A program made the position numbers and the translations under genes. A stretch of 64,000 nucleotides of DNA, taken from positions 1 through 64,000 of the forward strand of contig JAADVB010000001.1 of NCBI GenBank assembly GCA_023334545.1, written 5' to 3'. This document shows, piece after piece, positions 59,001 through 64,000 of the stretch. This DNA is from Salisapilia sapeloensis CBS 127946. Taxonomy: Eukaryota; Protista; Oomycota. The notes below the pieces were generated by a model. It worked only from the letters and a program-made list of their open reading frames with translations, was not told the DNA's origin and did not search any database. The stretch's first letter is position 1; every line of letters begins with the position of its first letter.

Positions 59001-62000
59001 GCATGAATATGACCCAAACTAACTTTTAGAACTGCCATTCTATCTCTTCTATCCATCATGGTAGGACTGGTGCAAATTACCATTGTTGGATTAACGAAAT
59101 GCGCTTGAGCGGTTTTGTCATCGAACGAACAAGTAAGTGAATGGTGATTGACGAAACCACGGCCTCTCACCTCTACTTGTGTACCTCCTGTTTCATACCC
59201 GGCGGTAGGAGATATACCGTGAAGTTCCAGGCTACCAATGAAAGCAAACGAAAACTTTCCAACTAGACTCGTGGATACAGTAGCATCCGAACTGTCAGCA
59301 AGAACTTTCATATGCGTTTCTGCATCTGGATGACGGGGAGTTGTACAAGTCATTGATTCTCGAGAGGTGACTTTTGCCTTCACAGGCTCACTATTTCCAA
59401 ATGCACAGTAGTACTGGATGGAGCTGGTGAAATCAGAACCTGATATCGTGACAATGTCGCCTCCTTTATACGAAGCAAATGTTGGTGAAATACTTAGTGC
59501 TACATCGTTTAAAGAAAACTGAAGTGTCCTCCCAGTAAAGCGATACTTTTGTCCATTCACAGAGACATATACAGCACAGTCCACACTGCAATCGATGTCT
59601 GGGTTTAGTCCATTAAAAGTAGCACACGTGCCCTCTCGATAGGTCTCTTTTACAGTCACACCGTTCTCCACATCCTTTCGTTGTTCCACAACTTTGGCAT
59701 AAAGAACAGTGTCAGGCAGAGAGCCGCATAGTACAAGCGAGTTTGTTTCATCGTCGCTTCTTCCTACAGTCGCTGAGATGACATCGACAGAATGGACAAA
59801 GGTGAATGGGAAACTGACATTTCCATACTTTGTAGCTGCTTCCATGAGCGAAAGGTTTACCACATATTTATCGGTTTCCACTTCAGTAAGTGGCGGTACG
59901 ATGCAACCTATACTATTATTTTGCAGATATGCATCAGATACGACAGTATCAAACAAACAGTAGATCTCTCCGAGAGGCCGTAAATGGTCACCACTAAAGT
60001 GAATAATGGATCCTCCCGGTATTTCATCTATCAGCGGACTTACATTTCTGATAAGCGGGGGAGCCGCAACGATGATTGGTTTCGGAAGGAGGTAGATGCC
60101 AGTTTCTGAAAAAGTTACAGCAACCTGTACAACTCCAGCACTCAGCATTGGTGTTTTGCATTGTATCAGTGTGGAATTGACATATATAACCTGGCCTTTA
60201 TAAAGCTTTTGGCCAAAGGTACAGTGAACATTTTTCACATTGTAAAAATTGACGCCTATAATCGATAGAACCTGTTCGCGATAACTGTGAACTTCTTTTG
60301 GATGAAAGTCGGTAATAGCTGGGTCTAAGACATACTGAAAGGTTTGCCCGATAGGAATTGTCGTTGACGATGATAGAAGAATATGAACCGGTACGTTGCC
60401 TGCTTGTTTACCTGGCGGAGTTTTGCACGTGCCTTTGTCCTTCGATATCGATAGAAGAGATAGATCTCCATTAAAATCGCAGTACAGTGACACTTTTTGG
60501 TTGAGGAGCTCGCTGAAATCTCCTTTCAGAGTAAGCAACGTACCGCCACTCACAGGACCAATGCTTGGTTCCATCATTGTAATTTTCGGTGGCTCAATAT
60601 ACCGATATTGCAAGCTCTGTGCCGACCGCACTGGTATGCCATCTTCAAGAACTGTAAACGCTTCTTCATGTGGTAGTGTACTAGCAGGTGCTTTGCAGTT
60701 AAGTGCAGTGCTACCCACGCTTTCAGCATGGACAACGTACGTGCCAAACTGACATTTAAACGCCTTTGTCATGTTGGCGCGAAACAATTCAACCTGTACG
60801 TTCGTCTCTCCAATAGTCCAGCCAATGGTTGGATTTACTGACAATGCTTCCGCAACAACAGGCAATACGACGAGATGCTTACCTGATGCTCCGTTAATTT
60901 TGTAGGCTCCAAAATGAAGGCTAATTCCGACTTGAACACGATACCATTCATACGGCATGAAGCAACTGATCAAATTTCTAGACAATCTCTCACCTGCCGC
61001 CTCCTTTTCATCAAATACACATCGAACAATACTATCAGGGAAATTGTCTCCATAAACTGCAATTTGATATCCACCACGAACAGAATCACGCTCTTGCTCT
61101 ACATGCGTAATTCTGTAGGATGGGACATGATCAAAGAGAACAGCGTTCGAACTGTTTTCGCGATCTGGACTCGTCACTTGAATCATTAGTAGTCCTGCTG
61201 ACGCTTCTACGGGTACAAAACAGCTTGCCTCATTTTGGTTACTCTCGAATGTAAGATCAGACACCAATTTATTCTCTGTTTCCACACCTGTAAATTCACA
61301 CTTAAAAGGGCCAGCAGAGCTGGCTATTTCGTCTCTAAATGCAATAAAAGCTCGTGCTAAATTAACTTCTTCATCAAGTTCTTCCCATACCTTGTGAATC
61401 TCCAACAACGGCACATACGTAAAGTACTTCGTCGTTGATAAAAGATGAACCCGATCAAAGGCAATTTTAACTGGCACTGATGTAGCAGGATGAGAAGGTG
61501 TTTGGCACTGCAACAACGTCGAGTTGAGCACAAGTGCTTTGGTAACACTGTTGCCAAAGATGCATTGGACGTCTGACGACTCGAAAAAGCCTTGACCGGA
61601 AACGTAGACCGTGGTATTGCCTGTGACGGTCCCTGTTGTTGGATACACGCTGTGGAAAACTACTTCTCGTTTAAACTCTACTAGTATACTGGAATCACTT
61701 GGTGAAAGTGAAGAGCTTGGTAGCACAGTCAAGTCTACATAACCTGGTGAAAGTGGTTTGATTCTGCACTCAAGCTCTGTAGAAGAGAAATATACGGCAG
61801 GAGTGGTACTGGATGGGTTGTTGTGACTCGACATGAAGGCGCATTTGAGGTCCATCCACGGCTCGAACCCCTCTCCTGTTATGGTAAACTTATTGAGTTG
61901 TGTTGCTATCGCATAAGGTGGATGAACGCTCTTTAAGCGAAGGGGAGTATGGATAGAGAAGCCATTTCCAATGAAAACAAAATCCCGACCATTCGGAGAT

Positions 62001-64000
62001 ATCGACATGCTGTACACCCCAGCTTGCAGAGGAGGTACCGTGAAAGATACAGCCATCGCACTTTCATCCATCAACTCCTGCTCTATCGCGATTGAATCGT
62101 TGCCACGGATAAGTTGCAGCGTGAAGGAATCTTGGGAGCTCACTGCGTTACTACAGTATCGAACCGTGTAGCCTCCAAGCGTAGACCCGACAGTCGGCAA
62201 CATTTCAGAACCGCTTAATAGATCGACCACCCGAACATCGCTTGAGAACAGCGTACGGCGATTTGTCCATGGTGTTGAAATGTACACGTGAAGCATATAC
62301 GACCCATGCTTCTTGACGCAAGGTATGATGCATTCCATTTCTTTGCTAGAGACAACGCGTACTTTACCTTCGTTTGAGAATCCTTGCAAATGACAGCTAA
62401 TTTCCTCATCCACATGGAAGAATGCTCCATAAATACTGACTTTTACTTCCCGTCCAACAGGTAAGACTGTCGGCCATGCAGACCTGATAGAAGGTTCCCT
62501 TGTAAATTCTATAGGAAAGGTATCCATCACATGATCATTTGCCGCACTGCATATAACCGATAGAGTATAATGTCCAGGTGGCATGGATGGCACCAAGCAC
62601 TGCAGAGTATGCTCCGATGTGAGGAAACCAGGGGACCTTTGATTGTGAAGTAAGCAAAAGAGCTGCATGCCTGTACGAAGTCCATAGACTGTAAACTCAA
62701 CATGATGCGAGCTTGATGCTCGAATGCTCAAAGCCGATGTACTTGTAATGTTCGCTGCACATGCGTCTGGTACAACTGCACCTTCGTCGATAAATTCCAC
62801 AAAGGTTTCAAGCTGACTCCAAATGGGCAGGTAGCCACTATGCCAAAGTTCCGAGTGACCAATAGCTGAAGAATCGACGCCTTCGTAGATTGAAAAGTTA
62901 CGATGACTTGTATCGCCTTGGTATGACTGGTAATTGTGCAAGTAACTACCTGTGGCAGATACCTCCACCTCCATTCTTTCCTTGCCCTTTACGCCATGCT
63001 GTGCAATAGGATTAATAAACGTAACTGGAAACGATTCCAAACTCGTTTCTAATCCATTGAGACTAACCCGCAGCTGAGTGGATAGAGGAGCAATTGTCGA
63101 AGGAGCGATGCATTGTACTTTTGTGGCTTCGCTATAGATAGCGCGGACAAACTCCTGCCCAAAAACACAGTGTACATCATCGTCAGCATTTCTCAAGTTG
63201 GTTCCAGTAATAGTCACCAAGGAGCGTTGGTGAGCGTCATCGTATTTCGAGCTTGCCTTGAGAAGAGCTGGAGTAGGATACACAACTATACTTGTAAAGT
63301 AACGCGTCCAACTTTGTCCATCTTGGCTGAAATAGAAAGGATAGGTGTCGGGTGGTAATCGAGGAGCAATGCATAACAAAATATTGTCTCCTGTAGCTAT
63401 TGCTTCCGTGGTGGCAGTATGTCCAAATCGGCACTGCAAAGTCTTCGCAAGTGGGTGCAAATTTTCAACGTGGACTTCTACTTCAGCCCCTCCACGTTCG
63501 TCTATCAATTGTGGCACAACCTGATGTATAATGAGCGACTCAGCAACCTGTATCTGATGATGCATCCTAATTCGGTCAAATGTCATGCCCACGACCTTGA
63601 GCGATACCGAATAGATTCCGACCGATAACGCTGGTAGTTCACAAGATAAAAGTCCATACGTGCGTTCAAGTACTTTGCCCACGATAGAATTTACAATGCA
63701 CCCAGTTATTTGTTCTACGTTAAGGTCTGTTCCTTTGAAGTGAATGATCAATCCCTGCGGTTGGTGCGTAACGATAGAGTTTGCAAATTGTCGGATGACT
63801 GGAGTCGGCACGTAGGTGAACATCGAAGACAATCCAGGCCCAGCATCGATATATGTATCGTAAACTTTTAGCCTGAAGCGCACGGTATCCTCAACAAGTT
63901 GTGCAGGAGCGACACACTGGAGAAGATTCTCGTGCACGACAGATACGGGTACCAGAACGTGCCCAAAAGCACATTCAATTTTAGCATCGTTGTATAGTAC
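47048..64000 (-). CDS. Giant surface protein: IPT/TIG array, Cys-rich GCC2/GCC3 (ephrin-receptor-like) repeats, about 10 TMs and a cytosolic tail; 5' end lies beyond the window
   Basis: One open frame runs from the right edge (VLYNDAKIECAFG...) to the stop at 47048. At least 25 GG-x-V-x-x-x-G / CxFG / CxxP repeats are countable by eye. CPxGxYC repeats lie at about 51650-53470 and the TM cluster at about 48100-49660. Confidence 0.92.
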   Translation of the reverse strand, partial: VLYNDAKIECAFGHVLVPVSVVHENLLQCVAPAQLVEDTVRFRLKVYDTYIDAGPGLSSMFTYVPTPVIRQFANSIVTHQPQGLIIHFKGTDLNVEQITGCIVNSIVGKVLERTYGLLSCELPALSVGIYSVSLKVVGMTFDRIRMHHQIQVAESLIIHQVVPQLIDERGGAEVEVHVENLHPLAKTLQCRFGHTATTEAIATGDNILLCIAPRLPPDTYPFYFSQDGQSWTRYFTSIVVYPTPALLKASSKYDDAHQRSLVTITGTNLRNADDDVHCVFGQEFVRAIYSEATKVQCIAPSTIAPLSTQLRVSLNGLETSLESFPVTFINPIAQHGVKGKERMEVEVSATGSYLHNYQSYQGDTSHRNFSIYEGVDSSAIGHSELWHSGYLPIWSQLETFVEFIDEGAVVPDACAANITSTSALSIRASSSHHVEFTVYGLRTGMQLFCLLHNQRSPGFLTSEHTLQCLVPSMPPGHYTLSVICSAANDHVMDTFPIEFTREPSIRSAWPTVLPVGREVKVSIYGAFFHVDEEISCHLQGFSNEGKVRVVSSKEMECIIPCVKKHGSYMLHVYISTPWTNRRTLFSSDVRVVDLLSGSEMLPTVGSTLGGYTVRYCSNAVSSQDSFTLQLIRGNDSIAIEQELMDESAMAVSFTVPPLQAGVYSMSISPNGRDFVFIGNGFSIHTPLRLKSVHPPYAIATQLNKFTITGEGFEPWMDLKCAFMSSHNNPSSTTPAVYFSSTELECRIKPLSPGYVDLTVLPSSSLSPSDSSILVEFKREVVFHSVYPTTGTVTGNTTVYVSGQGFFESSDVQCIFGNSVTKALVLNSTLLQCQTPSHPATSVPVKIAFDRVHLLSTTKYFTYVPLLEIHKVWEELDEEVNLARAFIAFRDEIASSAGPFKCEFTGVETENKLVSDLTFESNQNEASCFVPVEASAGLLMIQVTSPDRENSSNAVLFDHVPSYRITHVEQERDSVRGGYQIAVYGDNFPDSIVRCVFDEKEAAGERLSRNLISCFMPYEWYRVQVGISLHFGAYKINGASGKHLVVLPVVAEALSVNPTIGWTIGETNVQVELFRANMTKAFKCQFGTYVVHAESVGSTALNCKAPASTLPHEEAFTVLEDGIPVRSAQSLQYRYIEPPKITMMEPSIGPVSGGTLLTLKGDFSELLNQKVSLYCDFNGDLSLLSISKDKGTCKTPPGKQAGNVPVHILLSSSTTIPIGQTFQYVLDPAITDFHPKEVHSYREQVLSIIGVNFYNVKNVHCTFGQKLYKGQVIYVNSTLIQCKTPMLSAGVVQVAVTFSETGIYLLPKPIIVAAPPLIRNVSPLIDEIPGGSIIHFSGDHLRPLGEIYCLFDTVVSDAYLQNNSIGCIVPPLTEVETDKYVVNLSLMEAATKYGNVSFPFTFVHSVDVISATVGRSDDETNSLVLCGSLPDTVLYAKVVEQRKDVENGVTVKETYREGTCATFNGLNPDIDCSVDCAVYVSVNGQKYRFTGRTLQFSLNDVALSISPTFASYKGGDIVTISGSDFTSSIQYYCAFGNSEPVKAKVTSRESMTCTTPRHPDAETHMKVLADSSDATVSTSLVGKFSFAFIGSLELHGISPTAGYETGGTQVEVRGRGFVNHHSLTCSFDDKTAQAHFVNPTMVICTSPTMMDRRDRMAVLKVSLGHIHAKDDVGTYFQFVQLPVFEDAAPLAGAYDTDHLIHIKGRNFSSSLPMYCQLVDGMEPREVSIISTSFMSCPVHVQSRDSISPPRRLYSLNVWAKGHGPYSTGFTFEAFTPPILLSIRPSNVIMGKNTAISIKMAESELISGLKCYFNTLESLSVASYIAEDEVKCSVPTVAGVQPLIISVGLSYQGESLSSNTIDIRMVELPEIHSIEPSIGPTTISWSSRQHLIDSANDIAVIHGKGFTTGYTVSCAFGDQRSQGRVEHSHRVHCPIPSSPIAGNVSVSIGFNDEDFISSPMPYTYVDNLLVHSVTPSNGPIRGGTVVLVEAEVLDMSETIVCYFGESRSLQYATVHTEHQVSCVTPMVMTPGTVDVRVESVERRIFGDKVGSFQFTNNMKIERVWPRATFEHMATLLDVYGDGFLPSEILSCRFVSLTGDTEATTKAIWASTTHVKCYTSKDLSSNDNVLVDVSNNLVDFTSFPEDQQIDVVAPFDITSVHPKSGGYRGNTEVRVGGKGFAQVSQIWCRFGAQGDVIFAYMVSPTELLCTTPPYKERVAKELADLELSVNGRDFLSTGIVFKYVPDPIITLVNPVKAPIDEAATIYVEGNSFYDEMAWCRFGTTLVRALVHSKTSLSCVSPLSSRSGTVSLEVSMNDGVDFTESGFEFYYTDAVEAISLSPLLSPVRGGTLLYIYGSNFYQSKYSKCCFGTYDYCSVATVHSDTEIHCMSLSAPQLSQVSVTTVSTSVPVFITLNDRNFVHLPVVFDYHSELSLISSIPSLGDMNGGTSVYIVGNYFRDTDRLKCRFEETIVPATYINETAIECIAPRSLNREISISVTLNGVDFSLDSIKFTYIEIPTMCKLNPPHGVLTGGTRTRIIGKAFEPGTDLSCVVEAPDGEDHVIPLADVSFEGGDCILPSSNVPGRAKVSLMLSGIQATNLQTLDFEYDRTAKLYDIIPKNVDTRGGSNLQLIGEHFVPSDGLECCLSFRTFKDTESCTKALYVSDTIITCVAPPFEHIGIVQVTTKVDGVYQTTDKIEFVVYGPLEVFSVHPSSGTQLGGTQVTVIGQNFHDTPLLGCCFGNKQTMATLLNASAVTCTAPAYSPTIVHLRVTTNGRDCNNAAPAVNFAFDPHPDVLSMQPTAGSVRGGTVVRVHGMNFKANTTKCYFGSTEASHSEVISETVINCQPPPSPFPSVAKVTASNNGLDMSTTALAYSYTAAIEVVGLSHQDQPAFKGAIIELTTRNAMDQGHLTCWFDKTPTKGYYITSEQVQCEVPDIRLGAIQVFLSDNEENLSSSFAVVKIQSSPTITVTSALQGSIAGGTSVTMTGTRLHLITHCKFGDKLVTVLHLKNAEFVHCISPSQSVARSMRLQFLSHGNVLPDAECDFLYTSNLVHVDENVGDPELAEGAGLPLPVLLEINPAVMSSMGGALIEVNGDGFRDFMGLSCKFGDVTVKGDYINSTRILCRAPRLQSGVALVQVSNDGAMFSESSEEIRIYSDAYVESISPTLGPADGGTIVTVHGRYFPNDERLRCNFGLSGFMPLLKYVNSTEILCLSPQQRDETTTVVVSVSLEDEKPTINSVYFTYIAPIDIASITPTRGPMSGRTTVLIRGYDFDIPDNQIECHFGNKTSTGRIIDSTLVTCETPAMTSSGKYLVRISKDGQDVSRSQLYFEYDAPIRITGISPSIGPAQYADTLVTIHGHGFVDGRDLSCYFGDLWAQATWEDLTTISCVAPPQALGQVYLRVSNNRVDKSKDFAVYTYVNDIGLDSITPTMGLTSGGNPVIVRGSNFLNQTTTMCRFGETKVHATVLTRNVLVCVVPRHFESFARTSGRVPFEVSRNDRDYTVSGLTYTYFQECPLGSYCSYGNIAPCPNATRCDSYGSGNFSMCEPGTFQPRSSQTDCVRCPVGYMCPEFGMNKPLLCPPGMICDTQGLPEPIKRCPSGHYCREGTKSGEITDFITHTEYSVDNETQKASFIESSREWSMIKRSAPELGSRRLLHPPSEFDCDSRLCMEDSPLLLAERPYSCPVGYYCQRGSIQQQSELFNFSTPQKCYEGFFCSRGSTSPEGEGPCPTGHYCPTDTDAVVCPAGSFCPGVGNIRPRECLPGTFNPSQQASNCTLCPTGHICPDKAMLSPIQCPAGFVCISTGLSAPVLLCPAGYICSEGTRTLDPSSVDPYRPRPCPKGTFCLGGVAKNTTMEWIPSNQYGAVSPQICTEGTYCDEASRSVVGTGECFPGHYCPPGSSVPTQAPVGNFAGSTGLVASTMCFPGTYTPLKGTVKCLLCPAGHTCPSYGTYIPSICPIGHYRSLADSTTCRRCPEGTWSSGTSLTDISQCEPCPEGRVCGSSAMATISSSVPCATGYVCGEGTNRMSQFQHLCPAGHYCGESTKMSDQYDNDCEPGSICSRGTTFQEKNRNKCPEGKYCPFGTASVRSTYTECPRNTWSMAGNDEVVDCSIRPVAICDKQPTKQYYPQFSYFFQEEKIVLDSTAEADRTGELQVVDVINPVNQSASVGFWTNDTLDTIRACPSIGSVEGGMLITVIGRNFQNTGRLVCSFGLPFSSHHEKAPGVYVSTTRVMCRVPPYVGNLSKNPALFKKVIHVRVSNYGVYYSTTFAHFSYVAASVYQKYDERSLIKTCLPVKAEEEGFRPNDKAWFALNGLSKATLSFDFRHVPPEMVYNEHFKVAIFVKNSTCEYQQCDAQGVIQPSGENIETSPCKLPVEMPPWFASEKVDKHDLLNVTLFALEDVIFKVEVHLLYGIYTASAPLFVNSTVVRTKTPVRTNVTQGIDADRRPLSRSVSFEGTLVPREYSYLLVYKREDEDYTSPPLNMPPKYKDFERGRVLLSHNVSEERDDIPLVKDARDKVKTDATYWVMPYGSAEITYAMVQKYRETFHEMHSSDASTGQYEFEFDRMLLAYLPFLSNCMQYDSYVPLFDLLESDQCELPSMTSETGEYGRNWERRKYPPLPNQDDIQPVGPLDIGKYPIADMCLRTLQCHYEENLPFADVAPRWFEQSKGTVLFSLFREPGTLADYLRGGAYYADMIDEMGVDYFIPVVVNNDAAQEIIGGCSILCFPRTITLDISYYQLDKNLKRIISAQLVYKDYDRDSTNTAYEFKVNYHALGYRDLIVQFAFKKHVYVMLFFVLGSGMAVTAFIFWALVRITTLLESPPRFRFWSLLALIAPQPALGVVLACGPIFAVIMCFYVLLDGDKYEQLKPETGYWLLDTLKRHYIDDKLDPDEVQGTRKGRIGFCFFVLGLFLIFQGAWIFIPKSISFSEKLIYETADREGYHRSTWWPTQWKRAKFILMSILLGIFLAFLLEFSFWSEFSSYMFYVIVSLEFFNNYMEGWIEGQLKEVLLVAPLVSALSLVSGLMTFGASDFLDFVMGNTLDFGLILLTNVYQDTAFEAIADFVESIFSYFKDKFIAGWKSFVKLFKVVMRSKAKEESQKVEAEKKEEEKEEESAETVEPIIGFYSGMSMNRLAMFYQVVPILLMRYFREELKLPDFYGIREKDLDIYLWYAIIILLFNLVTEIFVLNVVELFQGWKIYDYLVYCRYRFLQREHRWKGFEVHLDECIDESLRTLDQMCFSSQFFMMCTIHITGVFFVVVAIEIMARAEHNMFGDRATPLLFLYVVCCALFVRWLSIFLAGRFDLWKIKHENTAWLSPPEEDDDPFGVPGWDELEKIKGASQDEYLMNQRITSETFRHKFLEYNRSWIVDQLPSILTPRTLRRARPYLLTQFAKILDSLNPQISDDEEEDDGKPVFGPVTLSSSSRMIARMWLARARRRLRLRSAVQPIIQQARKAECEMCLSRRQLQVEMETPLEVLGDRFEAQSLAEEFDVVGWKEYFQKHQRFKTLCLNCIIHLKNTGENSKGIFAPVSEAPPPADDAFEEGERLSAASRAILQKWYRKAQDRISGRQGGRRRQAVDVSDDEEEEELSHYAWTKQQLQLNAASIALARKWLLAAKQSLRESGRIGTGAQGVTSPTRPQGAAAATRLRRK

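Noticed and set aside
1-64000. tRNA, rRNA, CRISPR arrays, transposase/RT/integrase ORFs, telomeric repeats, RxLR or Crinkler effectors
   Set aside because: None were recognised by eye. Repetition in the giant gene is diverged protein-domain repetition, not DNA-level direct repeats. tRNAscan-SE, Infernal and RepeatMasker would be needed to exclude small or decayed elements.

Overview
Gene-dense eukaryotic DNA that reads as an oomycete-type stramenopile. Support for this: GT-AG introns mostly 50-67 nt long, intergenic gaps often under 250 nt, oomycete-style INR/FPR core promoters, and flagellar genes. I found about 22 well-supported protein-coding genes. Housekeeping genes are MIP18/CIAO2, GCN1, NOP53, ArgRS and RCL1. 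Membrane and lipid genes include an MFSD1-like transporter, a PKD2-like channel, FYVE-START, a patatin and a Ca2+/cation exchanger. Flagellar genes are CFAP299 and SPEF1, and there is one RWP-RK transcription factor. The most unusual items, several only visible after manual splicing, are: (1) a ~1196-aa enzyme fusing an uncharacterised fold-type-I PLP domain to a fold-type-III DAP/ornithine-decarboxylase-like domain; (2) an intronless >5,650-codon surface protein with IPT/TIG repeats, Cys-rich repeats and a multipass membrane region, running off the right edge; (3) an intron-rich divergent GBP-like GTPase with a C-terminal PH domain; (4) a multipass membrane protein ending in a beta-adaptin-ear-like domain; (5) a coiled-coil protein with an ApoL/pore-forming-toxin-like hydrophobic hairpin; (6) a minimal divergent ASF1-fold protein. 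I saw no rRNA, tRNA, CRISPR array or recognisable transposon. Four ORF-poor stretches (about 10.1-12.4, 22.0-22.75, 34.25-35.05 and 44.85-45.5 kb) remain unresolved. All family assignments come from motif recognition by eye, not from database searches.
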